Part shown: positions 47,463 to 60,784 of the stretch, in pieces
Layout: each line of letters opens with the position of its first letter
How positions within the stretch are numbered: position 1 is the stretch's first letter
Assembly (NCBI GenBank): GCA_046094425.1
Contig: JBJTHI010000158.1
Span: 1 to 62,835, forward strand
Length of the DNA stretch: 62,835 nt
Direction of reading: 5' to 3'
From: Burkholderiales bacterium
Lineage (GTDB): Bacteria; Pseudomonadota; Gammaproteobacteria; Burkholderiales; Burkholderiaceae_C
The notes under the pieces: generated by a model
Told to the model about the DNA's origin: nothing
Database searches by the model: none
Seen by the model: the letters and a program-made list of their open reading frames with translations, nothing else
Position numbers and translations under genes: made by a program

Positions 47463-47466
<4 letters not shown>
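46945..47466 (-). CDS. lptE: LPS assembly lipoprotein LptE
   Basis: Lipobox ALLTAC and the conserved position between leuS and holA. Confidence 0.85.
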
Positions 47467-50207
<2,741 letters not shown>

Positions 50208-50226
50208 TGGATCATGGAAGGGCCGT

Positions 50227-50658
50227 TCAACGCGAGGTACTGCTCGCCTGCGGCTGCGCCACAAAGGCAATGCGACTCAACCCCGCTTGTTGCACCTGGC
50301 CGATGAGTTCAGCCACGCGGCCATAAGCCACGGTTTTGTCGGCGCGCAGTTGCACTTCGAGCAGCGCATTGGTTTTGGCTTTGTCTGAGAGGCGGGCGCT
50401 CAAGGTGGCGGCGTCCAGCAACTCATCTCCCAAATAGAGCTTGCCTTGGGCATCAATCGCCACCGCGATGTAGGGGCTGGAATCAGAGGCTTGGGCGGCA
50501 CCACTTTGTGGCAGGTCGAGCTTCAGGCTGCTCGTCATCAAGGGGGCGGTGATCATGAAGATAACCAATAGCACCAACATCACGTCGATCAGTGGCGTCA
50601 TGTTGATCTCGCCCATGGGTTGAGGGCCAGTTGTGCGTTCCAGGCGGCCGAATGCCAT
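50227..50658 (-). CDS. exbD: ExbD/TolR-family biopolymer transport protein
   Basis: EINMTPLIDVMLVLLVIFMITAP motif. The start was set at MAFGRLE. Confidence 0.88.
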   Translation of the reverse strand: MAFGRLERTTGPQPMGEINMTPLIDVMLVLLVIFMITAPLMTSSLKLDLPQSGAAQASDSSPYIAVAIDAQGKLYLGDELLDAATLSARLSDKAKTNALLEVQLRADKTVAYGRVAELIGQVQQAGLSRIAFVAQPQASSTSR

Positions 50659-50672
50659 GGTGTTTGATGCCT

Positions 50673-51350
50673 TTAGGCGACTGAATCGCCAGAGCGAGGC
50701 AGTTTCATGGCGTCCAACTGGAACTCGCGCAGGTCGTGGGCAAAACCCTCCAGTTCGGCTTCGCAAGCGCCCACCATCTTGCCGAAAATGTTGTAGGCCA
50801 ACACGGCAGGAATGGCCACGGCCAAACCCGCAGCCGTCATGATGAGGGCTTCGCCCACCGGGCCAGAGACACGTTCAATGCTCAAGGTGCCAGCCGTGGA
50901 GATGCCCACCAAGGCATGGTAGATGCCCCAAACCGTGCCGAACAAACCAATGAAGGGCGCGGTGCTGCCGATAGACGCCAAGAGTACCTGGCCCCATTGC
51001 AGTTGCGCCAGCACCGCATGCAGGGCATCGCGCAAACGACGGGTGAGTTGCGAGGCGACGCTGCTACCGGAAGCCAAGGTGGCGGGCCGTGCTTCTTTGG
51101 TGGCTGCTTGCAGCAACGGCATCAGCACCCCGCTGCGGTCAAAGGCGCTGAGTTGGGCTTGGCCTGCTTTCAAATCGGACGCGGCCCAAAACGCCGCCAC
51201 GGCGCGGGTCACGTCGGCGCGTACCCGACGCAGCAACCAAGTTTTCCAAAAAATGAGAACCCAAGCGCTGACCGACATCAACAACAACATCAAGGCCACC
51301 GCCTTGATGACGGCATCGCCTTGTTGCCAGAAATGTTCAAAACCGTTCAT
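50673..51350 (-). CDS. exbB: MotA/TolQ/ExbB proton-channel protein
   Basis: 225 aa with three TM segments and APFIGLFGTVWGI. Confidence 0.88.
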   Translation of the reverse strand: MNGFEHFWQQGDAVIKAVALMLLLMSVSAWVLIFWKTWLLRRVRADVTRAVAAFWAASDLKAGQAQLSAFDRSGVLMPLLQAATKEARPATLASGSSVASQLTRRLRDALHAVLAQLQWGQVLLASIGSTAPFIGLFGTVWGIYHALVGISTAGTLSIERVSGPVGEALIMTAAGLAVAIPAVLAYNIFGKMVGACEAELEGFAHDLREFQLDAMKLPRSGDSVA

Positions 51351-51368
51351 GGGATTTAAAGGAGTATG

Positions 51369-52178
51369 TCAAGCGGCGCCCAGCACGTCGTTCATGTCGA
51401 ACAGGCCGTGGGCCTGGGTCATTAAAAAACGTGCGGCGCGCAAACTGCCTTGGGCGTAGGTGGCGCGGCTGGAGCTTTTGTGGGTGATTTCTATGCGCTC
51501 GCCGATGCCTGCGAACAGCACCGTGTGGTCGCCCACCACGTCGCCGCCACGGATGGTGGCAAAACCGATGGTGGAGGGGTCGCGCGCGCCGGTCACGCCC
51601 TCGCGGCCATAGACGGCGCATTCTTCTAAATTGCGGCCCACCGCTTTGGCCACCACCTGGCCCATTTGCAAGGCGGTGCCACTGGGCGCATCGACTTTGT
51701 GGCGGTGGTGGGCTTCGATGATTTCAATGTCGTAGCCTTCGCTCAAAGCCCGTGCGGCCACGTCCAGCAGCCGCAGCACCACGTTCACGCCCACACTCAT
51801 ATTCGGGGCCATCATCAAGGCCAGGTGCTGGGCATGTTGGGTGACCTGGGCTTTTTGTTCTGGAGAAAACCCGGTGGTGCCGATCACGGCTTTCACGCCC
51901 AACTCTTGGCACACGGCCAGGTGGGCCAGCGTGCCTTCGGGGCGAGTGAAGTCAATCAGCACCTGCGCGTTTTTCAAACCTGCCTGCAAATCGGAGGTGA
52001 TGAGAACGCCGCTTTGTTGGCCCAAAAAAGCGGCCGCGTCTTGACCTAAACCAGGGCTGCCGGGGACGTCCAAGGCACCGGCCAGCACCATGTCGGCGGC
52101 TTGATCCAAGGCTTCAATGAGCACCCGGCCCATGCGGCCAGTGGCACCCGCGATGGCAATGCGAATGGGTGCCACCAT
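51369..52178 (-). CDS. dapB: 4-hydroxy-tetrahydrodipicolinate reductase
   Basis: [12 protein letters not shown]...[15 protein letters not shown] motifs. Confidence 0.95.
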   Translation of the reverse strand: MVAPIRIAIAGATGRMGRVLIEALDQAADMVLAGALDVPGSPGLGQDAAAFLGQQSGVLITSDLQAGLKNAQVLIDFTRPEGTLAHLAVCQELGVKAVIGTTGFSPEQKAQVTQHAQHLALMMAPNMSVGVNVVLRLLDVAARALSEGYDIEIIEAHHRHKVDAPSGTALQMGQVVAKAVGRNLEECAVYGREGVTGARDPSTIGFATIRGGDVVGDHTVLFAGIGERIEITHKSSSRATYAQGSLRAARFLMTQAHGLFDMNDVLGAA

Positions 52179-52729
52179 CAGCGTGCCTCCAGTGGCGGGT
52201 AGTCGCGCGCGGGCGGGTTCACCGCCACGTTGGTAGCGGGCGCAGGCGCAGCTTTCGGGCTGGGCAGCGCTTTGATCTGCTCTTCGGTCAAGGCCAGTCG
52301 GGGTACTTTGTTGGAAGACTTCAGGGTGTTGATGGAGGCAACAAAGTCTTTCTCTGTGGGTAACTCAGGCGCTTCAATGGTCTTGAGCCGCTCGCCCTCA
52401 AACTTCACCATCACCAAACGTTGTTGAGGCGTGGTGCCTTGGCGGCGGATGGTGAAGGGGTAGTCCCAGCGGTCGGCGTGGAAAATGTCGGTGAGCAGGG
52501 GCGAGCCCAAAATATCGCGCACTTCGGTGCGTGTCATGCCGGGTTTGACTAAAGCCAGTTGTTCTTGCGTGACCACATTGCCTTGCACCACTTCCAAACG
52601 GTAGGGGGTGATGAAACCCAATACGTTGTTGGACGTTTGCAGCGATTGGCAGCCGCCCAAAGCCAGCAATCCCGATACCAGCAGGAGCCGTTGGATTGAA
52701 GTGAATCGCAGGGGGCGTGACAGTGGCAT
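52178..52729 (-). CDS. bamE: outer membrane protein assembly factor BamE (SmpA/OmlA lipoprotein)
   Basis: Lipobox LALGGC and [14 protein letters not shown]. The start was taken at MPLSRP (an alternative is 52753). Confidence 0.85.
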   Translation of the reverse strand: MPLSRPLRFTSIQRLLLVSGLLALGGCQSLQTSNNVLGFITPYRLEVVQGNVVTQEQLALVKPGMTRTEVRDILGSPLLTDIFHADRWDYPFTIRRQGTTPQQRLVMVKFEGERLKTIEAPELPTEKDFVASINTLKSSNKVPRLALTEEQIKALPSPKAAPAPATNVAVNPPARDYPPLEAR

Positions 52730-52740
52730 GGCGGTCTTTT

Positions 52741-52759
52741 GAATATGATGCAATCATTC
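52741..52759. promoter_or_regulatory. Fur-box-like imperfect palindrome (GAATATGATGCAATCATTC) in the bamE/fur divergent region
   Basis: It contains ATGAT-gca-ATCAT half-sites, but the spacing differs by one base from the 19-bp GATAATGATAATCATTATC consensus, so the match is weak. Confidence 0.3.
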
Positions 52760-52817
52760 TAGCGGCAGCAACCTGAACGGCAGCCAAGCCGTCACAGGCA
52801 TCGAACAGGCCTTCACC

Positions 52818-53261
52818 ATGCCCCCACATTCCACTAACCACGCAGAAGAACTCAAGAGCAGCGGCTTGAAGGCCACCTTGCCGCGCATCAAAATTTTGGA
52901 AGTGTTTCAGCAGTCCACCCAGCGCCATCTGACCGCTGAAGATGTCTATAAATTGTTGCTCACCGACGGGGCCGATGTAGGTTTGGCCACGGTCTATCGG
53001 GTGTTGATGCAGTTTGAGCAAGCGGGCCTGCTTTCGCGCAACCACTTTGAGGCCGGCAAGGCGGTGTTCGAGTTGAATGAAGGGGGGCACCACGACCACT
53101 TGGTATGCCTCACCTGTGGCCGCGTGGAAGAGTTTTTCGACGGCGAAATTGAAAAGCGCCAGCGTGCCGTGGCGACATCAAGGGGTTTTGATCTGCAAGA
53201 CCATGCCTTGTCGCTCTACGCGGTGTGCACCAAGAAGAACTGTGCGCACAAGCCCAAGTAG
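52818..53261 (+). CDS. fur: ferric uptake regulator
   Basis: [14 protein letters not shown]...[16 protein letters not shown] motifs. Confidence 0.93.
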   Translation: MPPHSTNHAEELKSSGLKATLPRIKILEVFQQSTQRHLTAEDVYKLLLTDGADVGLATVYRVLMQFEQAGLLSRNHFEAGKAVFELNEGGHHDHLVCLTCGRVEEFFDGEIEKRQRAVATSRGFDLQDHALSLYAVCTKKNCAHKPK

Positions 53262-53273
53262 GTTTGTTTGGGG

Positions 53274-54230
53274 TCAGTCTTCAGCGCCCTTAGAAAGCGC
53301 TTTTTGATGACGTTCGATGAACTCGCGGTAGGTGTCAATGCCACGCAGTTGCAAAATGGTGTTACGCACGGCAGCCTCCACCAGCACCGCCAAGTTGCGA
53401 CCTGCGTCCACCGCGATGATGGCCTTGAGCACTTGCACGCCCAGTATGTCTTCGTACAAGGGTTCGTAGGGCAGGCGCTCGAACTCTCGCTCCAGGGTTT
53501 CTTTGCGCACCAAATGCACGATGAGCTTGAGGCGCATTTTTCGGCGCACGGCGGTTTCGCCAAAAATGGCTTTGATGTCCAGCAAACCAATGCCGCGCAC
53601 TTCCAGCAGATTGATGAGCAGCTCTGGGCAGCGGCCTTCGAGCGAGGTTTGCGACACACGAAACAAATCCACCGCATCGTCGGCCACCAGCCCGTGGCCG
53701 CGTGAGATCAGCTCCAGTCCCAATTCACTCTTGCCCAGGCCCGATTCACCGGTGAGCAGCACGCCCAAGCCCAGAATGTCCATGAACACACCGTGCCTGG
53801 TGGTGCGTTCGGCAAAAAGCTGGGCCAGGTAGGTGCGCACCACGTCGATCACATGGCCGGCTGACTCATGGGTGACGAAGAGCGGAATATCCGCCCGGTC
53901 GCACATGGCGACCAAACGGTCGGGGGCTACTTGACCATCGGCCACGATGACCACTGGGGGTTCCAGGGTGACGATGCGCTGAATGCGGCGCTCTTGGTCG
54001 TCGTCGTTGCAGTCCAGCAAATAGGCCACCTCGCGGTGGCCCACGATTTGCACGCGGTAGGGGTGGATGTAGTTGAGATAACCGATCAAATCGGCGGCCG
54101 ATTGCGCGCTGCGCACTGCGGCCTCGTCAAAACGCCTCTCTGGGTGAGCGTGTCCCGCCACCCACTCCCAACGCAAGCTGGGCCGGTGTTCTTCAAACAG
54201 CGCTTCGGCGCTGATGACAGAAGGTTTCAA
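53274..54230 (-). CDS. hprK: HPr kinase/phosphorylase
   Basis: [25 protein letters not shown] (P-loop and signature). Confidence 0.93.
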   Translation of the reverse strand: MKPSVISAEALFEEHRPSLRWEWVAGHAHPERRFDEAAVRSAQSAADLIGYLNYIHPYRVQIVGHREVAYLLDCNDDDQERRIQRIVTLEPPVVIVADGQVAPDRLVAMCDRADIPLFVTHESAGHVIDVVRTYLAQLFAERTTRHGVFMDILGLGVLLTGESGLGKSELGLELISRGHGLVADDAVDLFRVSQTSLEGRCPELLINLLEVRGIGLLDIKAIFGETAVRRKMRLKLIVHLVRKETLEREFERLPYEPLYEDILGVQVLKAIIAVDAGRNLAVLVEAAVRNTILQLRGIDTYREFIERHQKALSKGAED

Positions 54231-54259
54231 TCGTGCAACCTGTGCTTGTTGTGGTTGGG

Positions 54260-54730
54260 TTAAGCCACAGACTGCAGCGGTTCCCAGCGCGAGATCAACT
54301 CGTGAACCTTGGCGGCGTCAAGCTCGGATTTGAGCTGTTCACGCAGGTCGCGGTCACTGAGCATTTCGGCAATTTCCGACAAAATTTCCAAGTGCCGCTG
54401 GGTGGCCGCCTCGGGTACCAGCAGAAAAATCAGCAGGCCCACAGGTTGGTCGTCTGGCGCATCGAAGGGAATGGGTTGTTGTACCCGCAATACCGCCGCC
54501 AACGGGTTTTTCAGCCCTTTGATGCGTCCATGGGGAATGGCTACCCCATGACCCAAACCGGTGGAGCCCAAACGCTCACGCGCGAACAAGTTGTCGGTCA
54601 CGAGCCCGCGCGCTAAAGCATGTTGGTTCTCAAACACCAAACCGGCGTGTTCAAACGCCCGTTTTTTACTGGTGGCGTCCACGTTCACCAACACATTGGT
54701 GGCGGGCAAGATGGCGGCAAGACGGTTCAT
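54260..54730 (-). CDS. ptsN: PTS IIA-Ntr nitrogen regulatory protein
   Basis: [12 protein letters not shown] phosphorylation-site motif. The start was taken at MNRLAAIL. Confidence 0.9.
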   Translation of the reverse strand: MNRLAAILPATNVLVNVDATSKKRAFEHAGLVFENQHALARGLVTDNLFARERLGSTGLGHGVAIPHGRIKGLKNPLAAVLRVQQPIPFDAPDDQPVGLLIFLLVPEAATQRHLEILSEIAEMLSDRDLREQLKSELDAAKVHELISRWEPLQSVA

Positions 54731-54916
54731 CGAGGCTTTCTGCGTACTGCTGAGAGGCTGACGTTGGCGACTCATTCTAAAAACAAGCGAGCTGACCATT
54801 GTTTATTCGGCCATCTCATCCATGAACTTGATTGTGCATAGGCTGCTGCGTCGCAGCAATGCCTTGTCTCGGGGGCGTGTTGCTTTTTGAATAACGGCTT
54901 TTAAGTAACGTGCCCA

Positions 54917-54943
54917 AAGAAAAAGCGGCCACTTAGGCCGCTG
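54917..54943 (-). terminator. rho-independent terminator downstream of hpf
   Basis: On the minus strand it reads AGCGGCC-taagt-GGCCGCT followed by TTTTTCTTT. Confidence 0.65.
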
Positions 54944-54970
54944 TAAGAAGTGCGAAAACCGTGATGGAGT

Positions 54971-55312
54971 TCACGTCAAACTGGCATCCATTCGTTTGGC
55001 GGCCACGTGGTGGTGGTTTTGCAGCTTGTCTTTGTGGCGCAAGACTTGTCGATCCAGCTTGTCCATCAGTTGATCAATGGCGGCGTAGAGGTCTTCGTGC
55101 GACTGCTCTACAAAAATCTCTTTGCCTTTGGCATGTAGCGTGACCTCGGCCCGTTGGCGGCGTTCTTTCTCTTTCTGTTTCTCCACCGAAAGCAGCACGG
55201 CCACATCGACCACTTGGTCGAAATGACGTGTGACGCGGTCTAGCTTTGTGAGCACATACTCTCTCAGAGCTGGCGTCACTTCGAGGTGATGACCACTGAT
55301 CGTCAGGTTCAT
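54971..55312 (-). CDS. hpf: ribosome hibernation promoting factor (sigma-54 modulation protein family)
   Basis: [20 protein letters not shown] motif. Confidence 0.93.
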   Translation of the reverse strand: MNLTISGHHLEVTPALREYVLTKLDRVTRHFDQVVDVAVLLSVEKQKEKERRQRAEVTLHAKGKEIFVEQSHEDLYAAIDQLMDKLDRQVLRHKDKLQNHHHVAAKRMDASLT

Positions 55313-55539
55313 GAAGACTCCTTTTCAACGGGCTGGGGGGAAAGCGGAGGGTTGATCGAAGGTCTGAAATGCGAAATGTCTGAATGCAGTGTGCGCCTGT
55401 TTTCTTGGGCTGGCAAGGCCTGAAGTGCAACATCTGGTCGCAGCCGTCTGGCGTTTTGTATCCATGCCTTTGGTGTGATTTATTCATTGAAGTTTCCGTT
55501 TCAGCGGTCGATAAAACGGCAGATGGAAAGGAGACCCTG

Positions 55540-56667
55540 ATGCACGCCACATTGACCGAACTGCTCGAAAACCTCAGCACAGGCATGCTGTGGCTCTCTG
55601 GTGAAGGACAGGTGCGTTACGCCAATGCCCGGGCGCTTGCACAAACCCGGTTGGCTGTTGGGCAGACGCTGAACCACGGTGGTTTGAGTCAAGCCGTCAA
55701 GGCCGCTGTGCTGTTGAAAAAAGCCAGTCAACTCCGCATGACCGGTGTGCCTGCGGTGGCTGGCGGTACGGCGCCTGAGTTGGCGTGCAAGGTGTTGCCT
55801 GGTTTGTCCAGCGACGATGCGGTGGTGCTGATCAATGATGTGGCCGAGGAAAAGGCCACGGTCGGTTTCGACAATCTCATGATGGTCATACGCAGTGACT
55901 TGAAAGAGCCGCTGCAAGAACTGACCGATGCCTTGGCCGTGGCGCGCAGCCAGGGGGACGTACACGCGCTGGACGCCTTGTGCGACCGCGTCGATGAGGT
56001 CAAGGATGTCCTGGCGCATTTGGTGGAGTTGGGCCAGGTTTGGAACAGCCAGTCGCTTCTGGCCAACGACCGCATTGAGTTGTGGTCGCTGCTGCAACAA
56101 GCATGGGCCGAGGTGGAGCCCATTGCTCGCCAGCGCGGGGTCAAGATTCGATTCAACTCGCAAATCCCTGCCGCCGATCTGGCTACGCTGTATGGCAGCG
56201 AGCCCTGGCTGCGCCGGGTGATGGTGGAATGCCTGCTCTCCGCGGTGCGCGGTGCACGCGGCGGCTCCACGTTGGACATCGAGCACCGCCAAATGGGGCC
56301 GCGCGCCATGATTGTGCTGCGCGACAGCGGTGCGTTTGCCGGTGCGCCCCATAGCGCAGAGAGTGAAGTACTGGGTGGGGCGTCAGGTTCCAAACCAGCG
56401 GGTGGCGAACCGCGTTTGACGGCACGTGACATAATTGGCTTGAAGCTGTGTCAACAAATTGTGGCTCTACACGGCGGGCAGTTGCGTGAAGAGAAAGACG
56501 ATGAGCTGCGCAACTTCTTGATTGATTTGCCCACCGGTGCACCGCATCGCGCCGCCAATGCAGAGCTGGATATTGCGCAAGCGCAACGTTATGCCAGCGA
56601 TTTGGCCGAGTTGATGGCTAGGCGGCGTAAAGCGGCCAACGCTGCGCCTAAAGCGAGTGCCGCTTAA
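55540..56667 (+). CDS. histidine-kinase-like protein with degenerate catalytic motifs (pseudo-kinase candidate)
   Basis: PAS-like N-terminus. The DHp-like segment MMVIRSDLKEPLQEL has Ser (55894..55896) where the phospho-accepting His of SHxLxxPL should be. The N box is degenerate (ECLLSAVRGA) and so is G1 (RDSGAF). The C-terminal GLKLCQQIVALHGGQL is retained. The RBS GAAAGGAG precedes the ATG. Confidence 0.7.
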   Translation: MHATLTELLENLSTGMLWLSGEGQVRYANARALAQTRLAVGQTLNHGGLSQAVKAAVLLKKASQLRMTGVPAVAGGTAPELACKVLPGLSSDDAVVLINDVAEEKATVGFDNLMMVIRSDLKEPLQELTDALAVARSQGDVHALDALCDRVDEVKDVLAHLVELGQVWNSQSLLANDRIELWSLLQQAWAEVEPIARQRGVKIRFNSQIPAADLATLYGSEPWLRRVMVECLLSAVRGARGGSTLDIEHRQMGPRAMIVLRDSGAFAGAPHSAESEVLGGASGSKPAGGEPRLTARDIIGLKLCQQIVALHGGQLREEKDDELRNFLIDLPTGAPHRAANAELDIAQAQRYASDLAELMARRRKAANAAPKASAA

Positions 56668-56699
56668 GCACTTTGTTCACACCACCAAGGGAGTTTCCC

Positions 56700-57065
56700 G
56701 TGAAGCGCATATTGATTGTGGAAGATCAGCCCGACATTCGTAAGCTCATCAGCATGACTTTGGAGTTCGAGCAATACGAAATTCACGAGGCTGCTGATGG
56801 TGCATTTGGGTTGCGCATGGCCTCGGCCGTGACGCCGGATTTGATGCTGCTGGACGTGATGATGCCGGGCGAGATGGATGGCTTGCAAGTGTGCAAGCGC
56901 ATCAAAACCGATCCCAAACTTCAGCACATCAAGGTGGTGCTGTTGACTGCACGTGGGCAAGTCCGTGACCGGGAAGAGGGAAAGCAAGCGGGGGCCGATG
57001 AATACCTGATTAAACCGTTCAGTCCGCTGCAATTGATTGACACGATAGAAGGGCTGCTCCAGTAA
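56700..57065 (+). CDS. stand-alone CheY-like receiver domain response regulator
   Basis: (V)KRILIVEDQPD...LMLLDVMMPGEMDG...LLTA...LIKPF motifs. GTG start with an AAGGGAG RBS (alternative ATG at 56673). Confidence 0.88.
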   Translation: MKRILIVEDQPDIRKLISMTLEFEQYEIHEAADGAFGLRMASAVTPDLMLLDVMMPGEMDGLQVCKRIKTDPKLQHIKVVLLTARGQVRDREEGKQAGADEYLIKPFSPLQLIDTIEGLLQ

Positions 57066-57101
57066 TTGCTTTGGCTCGAACCATCATTCAGGAGTGTCGC
57101 C

Positions 57102-57947
57102 ATGAGCATTCTCATGAGGTTTTACCGGAGCTGCGTCACGGGCATGATGGCCTTGCTGCTGCCCGTGCTGTCATGCGCTCAAACTTACTCGGTGGCCGTG
57201 GTGCCGCAATTTCCTGCGGTGGAAATTCACCGTGCTTGGACGCCATTGCTGGCGCATTTGAGTGCGCAGACGGGTTTGGATTTGAAGCTGGTCACAGCGG
57301 GGTCTATCCCAGAATTTGAGCGTTCGTTTCAAGCGGGTCAGCCCGACTTGGTTTTTCTCAACCCATACCACATGGTGATGGCGGCCAAGTCGCAGAAGTA
57401 CCAACCCCTGGTACGCGAGAGCAAGGAGCTGCTGACAGGTATTTTGGTGGTTCGTGCAGACAGCCCCGTCAATAGTTTGGCGGAGTTGGCGCAGCAAACC
57501 TTGGCCTACCCGGCTCCGAATGCGTTTGGCGCTTCGCTGTACATGCGCTCTTTGTTGGCAGAACAAAAAATTCAAACCCAAGCAAACTTTGTCAAAACAC
57601 ACAGCAACGCCTACCGGCATGTCATTGCCGGGCAAGCGGTGGCAGCCGGTGGCATACGCAGCACGCTGGAGCGAGAGCCCGCAGAAGTGCGTTCCCAACT
57701 TCGGGTGTTGTTTGAAACACCGGCGGTGGCCCCCCACCCTTTAGCGGCACACCCTAGGGTGTTGGAATCGCATCGACTCGCGCTGCGGGATGCTTGGCCC
57801 TCTTTGGCGCAGTCTGAAGCAGGCCAGAACTTGCTCAAAGCCGTACAGATGAGCCATCCCATGGCGGCTGACTACAAGCGGGACTACGCTCCGTTGGAGC
57901 GATTGCGCCTGGAGCAGTTCGCCGTGACGGAAGGAGGCACGCCGTGA
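57102..57947 (+). CDS. PhnD-like periplasmic substrate-binding protein (phosphate/phosphonate SBP fold)
   Basis: Signal peptide followed by YSVAVVPQFPA...DLVFLNPYHMV. An AGGAG RBS is present. The stop overlaps the start of the downstream kinase (GTGA). Confidence 0.8.
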   Translation: MSILMRFYRSCVTGMMALLLPVLSCAQTYSVAVVPQFPAVEIHRAWTPLLAHLSAQTGLDLKLVTAGSIPEFERSFQAGQPDLVFLNPYHMVMAAKSQKYQPLVRESKELLTGILVVRADSPVNSLAELAQQTLAYPAPNAFGASLYMRSLLAEQKIQTQANFVKTHSNAYRHVIAGQAVAAGGIRSTLEREPAEVRSQLRVLFETPAVAPHPLAAHPRVLESHRLALRDAWPSLAQSEAGQNLLKAVQMSHPMAADYKRDYAPLERLRLEQFAVTEGGTP

Positions 57948-60577
57948 GTGCTGGCATGTGGGCCCAGGTCTGGGCAGCGTGCATGCGTTGGTGGCCGCGG
58001 CATTTGCGGCACCAAATGTTGCTTCTGCTGGCGGGCGTGACGGTGCTATCGATGGTGGCTTTGCACCTGTTGTCCGGTCAGCGGGCCGCCCAAGCGTCAT
58101 TTGAAGCGTCTCGGCATTGGGCGCAGGCGGTGGCAAGCACAGCGGCCAGTTCTGGGGCCCAAGCCATGGTGCTGAAAGACTATGCACAACTGGAGACTAT
58201 CTTGCGGGATATCGCCCGTTTGCCAGGCGTGCTTCGAATCGATGTGGTCGAAGCCAGCGGCACGGCCCTGTTGTCCTTGCGCACTCACGCGCAGGGTGAC
58301 CCGCAGGTGCGTTACCGACCGACTGATGTGCAATCACCCGTCACAAACGTCGGCACCGATGGCGTGATGCCTGAGCCGCAGGCGGTACAAGTAGCGGGGC
58401 GTCAAGCGCTACAGGTGTGGACGGCGGTGGACAGTGCCAGCCCCTTGGGTTACATCGGCGTTTTATTCAGCCAAGAAGGCCAACGCGCCGCCATGGGCAA
58501 GATACAGCGGGACTCTTTATGGATGGCGGCCGCCGCAGGTGCCGCCACCATCTTGGTCGTTTATGGCTTTTTGCTGCGAGCCTTGAACCCGTTGCAACGC
58601 TTGGCGAAGTTCTCGCAGTTACTGGGCAGTGACAGCGGTCAAACCTTGCAGCAACGCACCGGCAGCCAAGAGGTGGAAGACCTCACCGACGCGCTGAATG
58701 ACGCCTCCGTGCGTCTATTGACCCAAATGGAGGCGCTGCGCCGTAACGAGGAAAAGACACATGCCATTTTGGATGCCACACCCAACGCGATTTTGGGCTT
58801 GGATGAGCGCTGCCGCATCACGCTGGTCAATCCGGCAGCGACCAGCATCTTTGGGGTGCAACCAGAAGAAATAAGTGGTTCTTTGCTCACCAAATTGTTG
58901 CCTAAGTTGGATGCTCAAACGGTCGAGGAATTGACACTGCAAGGCATGTTCAACCACAACAGTCAAAGCCGTTCGGCCAAGCTGGACAGTGAGGCCATCC
59001 GCCGTGATGGGACACCCTTTCCTGTTGAGGTAGCCATCTCTCGCATCGAAACATCCGAGGGCATTCGGTACACCTGCGTGGTCAGTGATGTGACCGATCA
59101 GCGCTGGATCGACAGCATGCTGCGTTTGTACAACCGGGCACTGGAATGCACCGCCAACGGCGTGGTGATATCCGACGTGCGCAGCCCGGGCCAGCCCTTG
59201 TTCTACGCCAACCCAGCGTTTGAAAAAATCACCGGCTACCCCACCTTTGAGGCGATCGGTCGCAATTGCAGTTTCTTGCAACGCGACGACACGGAACAGC
59301 CCGAGGTCGGTGTGCTGCGCGAAGCGGTTCGCACGGGCCAAAGTGCCACCGTGGTGCTGCGCAACTATCGCAAAGATGGCAGCCTATTTTTTAACGAGCT
59401 CTCCATCTCACCGGTGGCCGAGCCCGATGGCACGGTCACCCACTATGTGGGTGTTCAGTCTGACGTGACAGAACGCGAACGCTCGCGTTTCGCGCTGGCC
59501 CAAAGGAATGCCCGCCTGAACGCGGTGTTCGACCTGAGCCCCGATGGTTTTGTGGTGTTTGACCGTGAGCGACAACTGGTGTACTGCAATCCCGCCTTCA
59601 TGCAAATGACGGGGTGGAACGATGTGACGGCCATTGGTGAGTTGGATCTGTCCCGGTTTGACGCGCAGATGCAAGCCTTGTGCGATCCCGTACACCCATA
59701 TGTACCCGCTGCCAGTGCGATGGATACCCAGGCGGGAAGCGACTTGCTCATGCTGATACACCCCGAGCGCCGCATCCTCTCTCGCGTGGTGCGATTGAAC
59801 ATGGACGGCCAAGGTGAGTCGGTGCTGTATTTCCGTGACGTGACACGAGAGACCGAAGTGGATCGCATGAAGAGCGAGTTTCTGACCACGGCTGCGCATG
59901 AGTTGCGCACGCCCATGGTGAGCATTTTTGGTTTTGCCGAGTTGATGCTCAAGCGTCCTGTGCCCCCCGAGCGGCAGCGGGACGTGATTGAAACCATTCA
60001 CCGCCAGTCTTCGCTGCTCATCAACATGATCAATGAGTTGCTGGATTTGGCCCGTATCGAGGCCAGGCAAGGTAAAGATTTCCGCATGAAGCCACAGCCG
60101 GCACAGGCTTTGATTGACGATGCGGTGGAGGTCTTGGCCGTGCGCAAACATTCCCATCCCGTGGTGGTGCAATGCGAACATGGCGACGTTGTCTTGATGT
60201 TGGACAACGACAAATCGCGCCAAGCCTTGGGCAATGTGCTGTCCAACGCCTACAAGTATTCGCCCCAGGGTGGCAGCATCCAGGTGGCGACTAAGCTCGT
60301 ACGTTCAGGCGAGGAGGCGAAATTAGGCATCTCCGTGACCGATCAAGGCATAGGCATGACGGCCGAGCAGCAGGCACGCTTGTTTGAACGCTTTTTCAGG
60401 GCCGACCCCTCAGGCAACATACCCGGCACCGGCCTGGGCATGTGTTTGGTGAAAGAAATCATGGCCTTGCACGGAGGCAGCATTGAGGTGAAAAGCCAGC
60501 TCGGTGTGGGCACCTGTGTGACGCTGTGGTTCCCCATGTCTGAACGCACCTTGACCCGACCCATGACCCTGAGTTGA
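57944..60577 (+). CDS. sensor histidine kinase (TM - periplasmic region - HAMP-like - three PAS/PAC - HisKA - HATPase)
   Basis: Intact H box AAHELRTPMVSI, N box NVLSNAYKYS, and G boxes DQGIGM and GTGLGM. Confidence 0.9.
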   Translation: MSAGMWAQVWAACMRWWPRHLRHQMLLLLAGVTVLSMVALHLLSGQRAAQASFEASRHWAQAVASTAASSGAQAMVLKDYAQLETILRDIARLPGVLRIDVVEASGTALLSLRTHAQGDPQVRYRPTDVQSPVTNVGTDGVMPEPQAVQVAGRQALQVWTAVDSASPLGYIGVLFSQEGQRAAMGKIQRDSLWMAAAAGAATILVVYGFLLRALNPLQRLAKFSQLLGSDSGQTLQQRTGSQEVEDLTDALNDASVRLLTQMEALRRNEEKTHAILDATPNAILGLDERCRITLVNPAATSIFGVQPEEISGSLLTKLLPKLDAQTVEELTLQGMFNHNSQSRSAKLDSEAIRRDGTPFPVEVAISRIETSEGIRYTCVVSDVTDQRWIDSMLRLYNRALECTANGVVISDVRSPGQPLFYANPAFEKITGYPTFEAIGRNCSFLQRDDTEQPEVGVLREAVRTGQSATVVLRNYRKDGSLFFNELSISPVAEPDGTVTHYVGVQSDVTERERSRFALAQRNARLNAVFDLSPDGFVVFDRERQLVYCNPAFMQMTGWNDVTAIGELDLSRFDAQMQALCDPVHPYVPAASAMDTQAGSDLLMLIHPERRILSRVVRLNMDGQGESVLYFRDVTRETEVDRMKSEFLTTAAHELRTPMVSIFGFAELMLKRPVPPERQRDVIETIHRQSSLLINMINELLDLARIEARQGKDFRMKPQPAQALIDDAVEVLAVRKHSHPVVVQCEHGDVVLMLDNDKSRQALGNVLSNAYKYSPQGGSIQVATKLVRSGEEAKLGISVTDQGIGMTAEQQARLFERFFRADPSGNIPGTGLGMCLVKEIMALHGGSIEVKSQLGVGTCVTLWFPMSERTLTRPMTLS

Positions 60578-60784
60578 GGCCGTGGTGACGCAGCCACCGA
60601 GCCAGCGGTGACATAATTCCGCATCCAAATTTCGGAGCCCCACTTGGACGTCTCGCCCAGTCTGTGACCGTCCGCTCCTTGGCTGATGCGCCTGCCGCAT
60701 CTACCAGCTTGAAGGGAGTGAGACGGTCGCGCAAATCCCCGCCACCCCACCCCCTGCCGCACCTGTTGCGCTGCTGGAGCCCCC

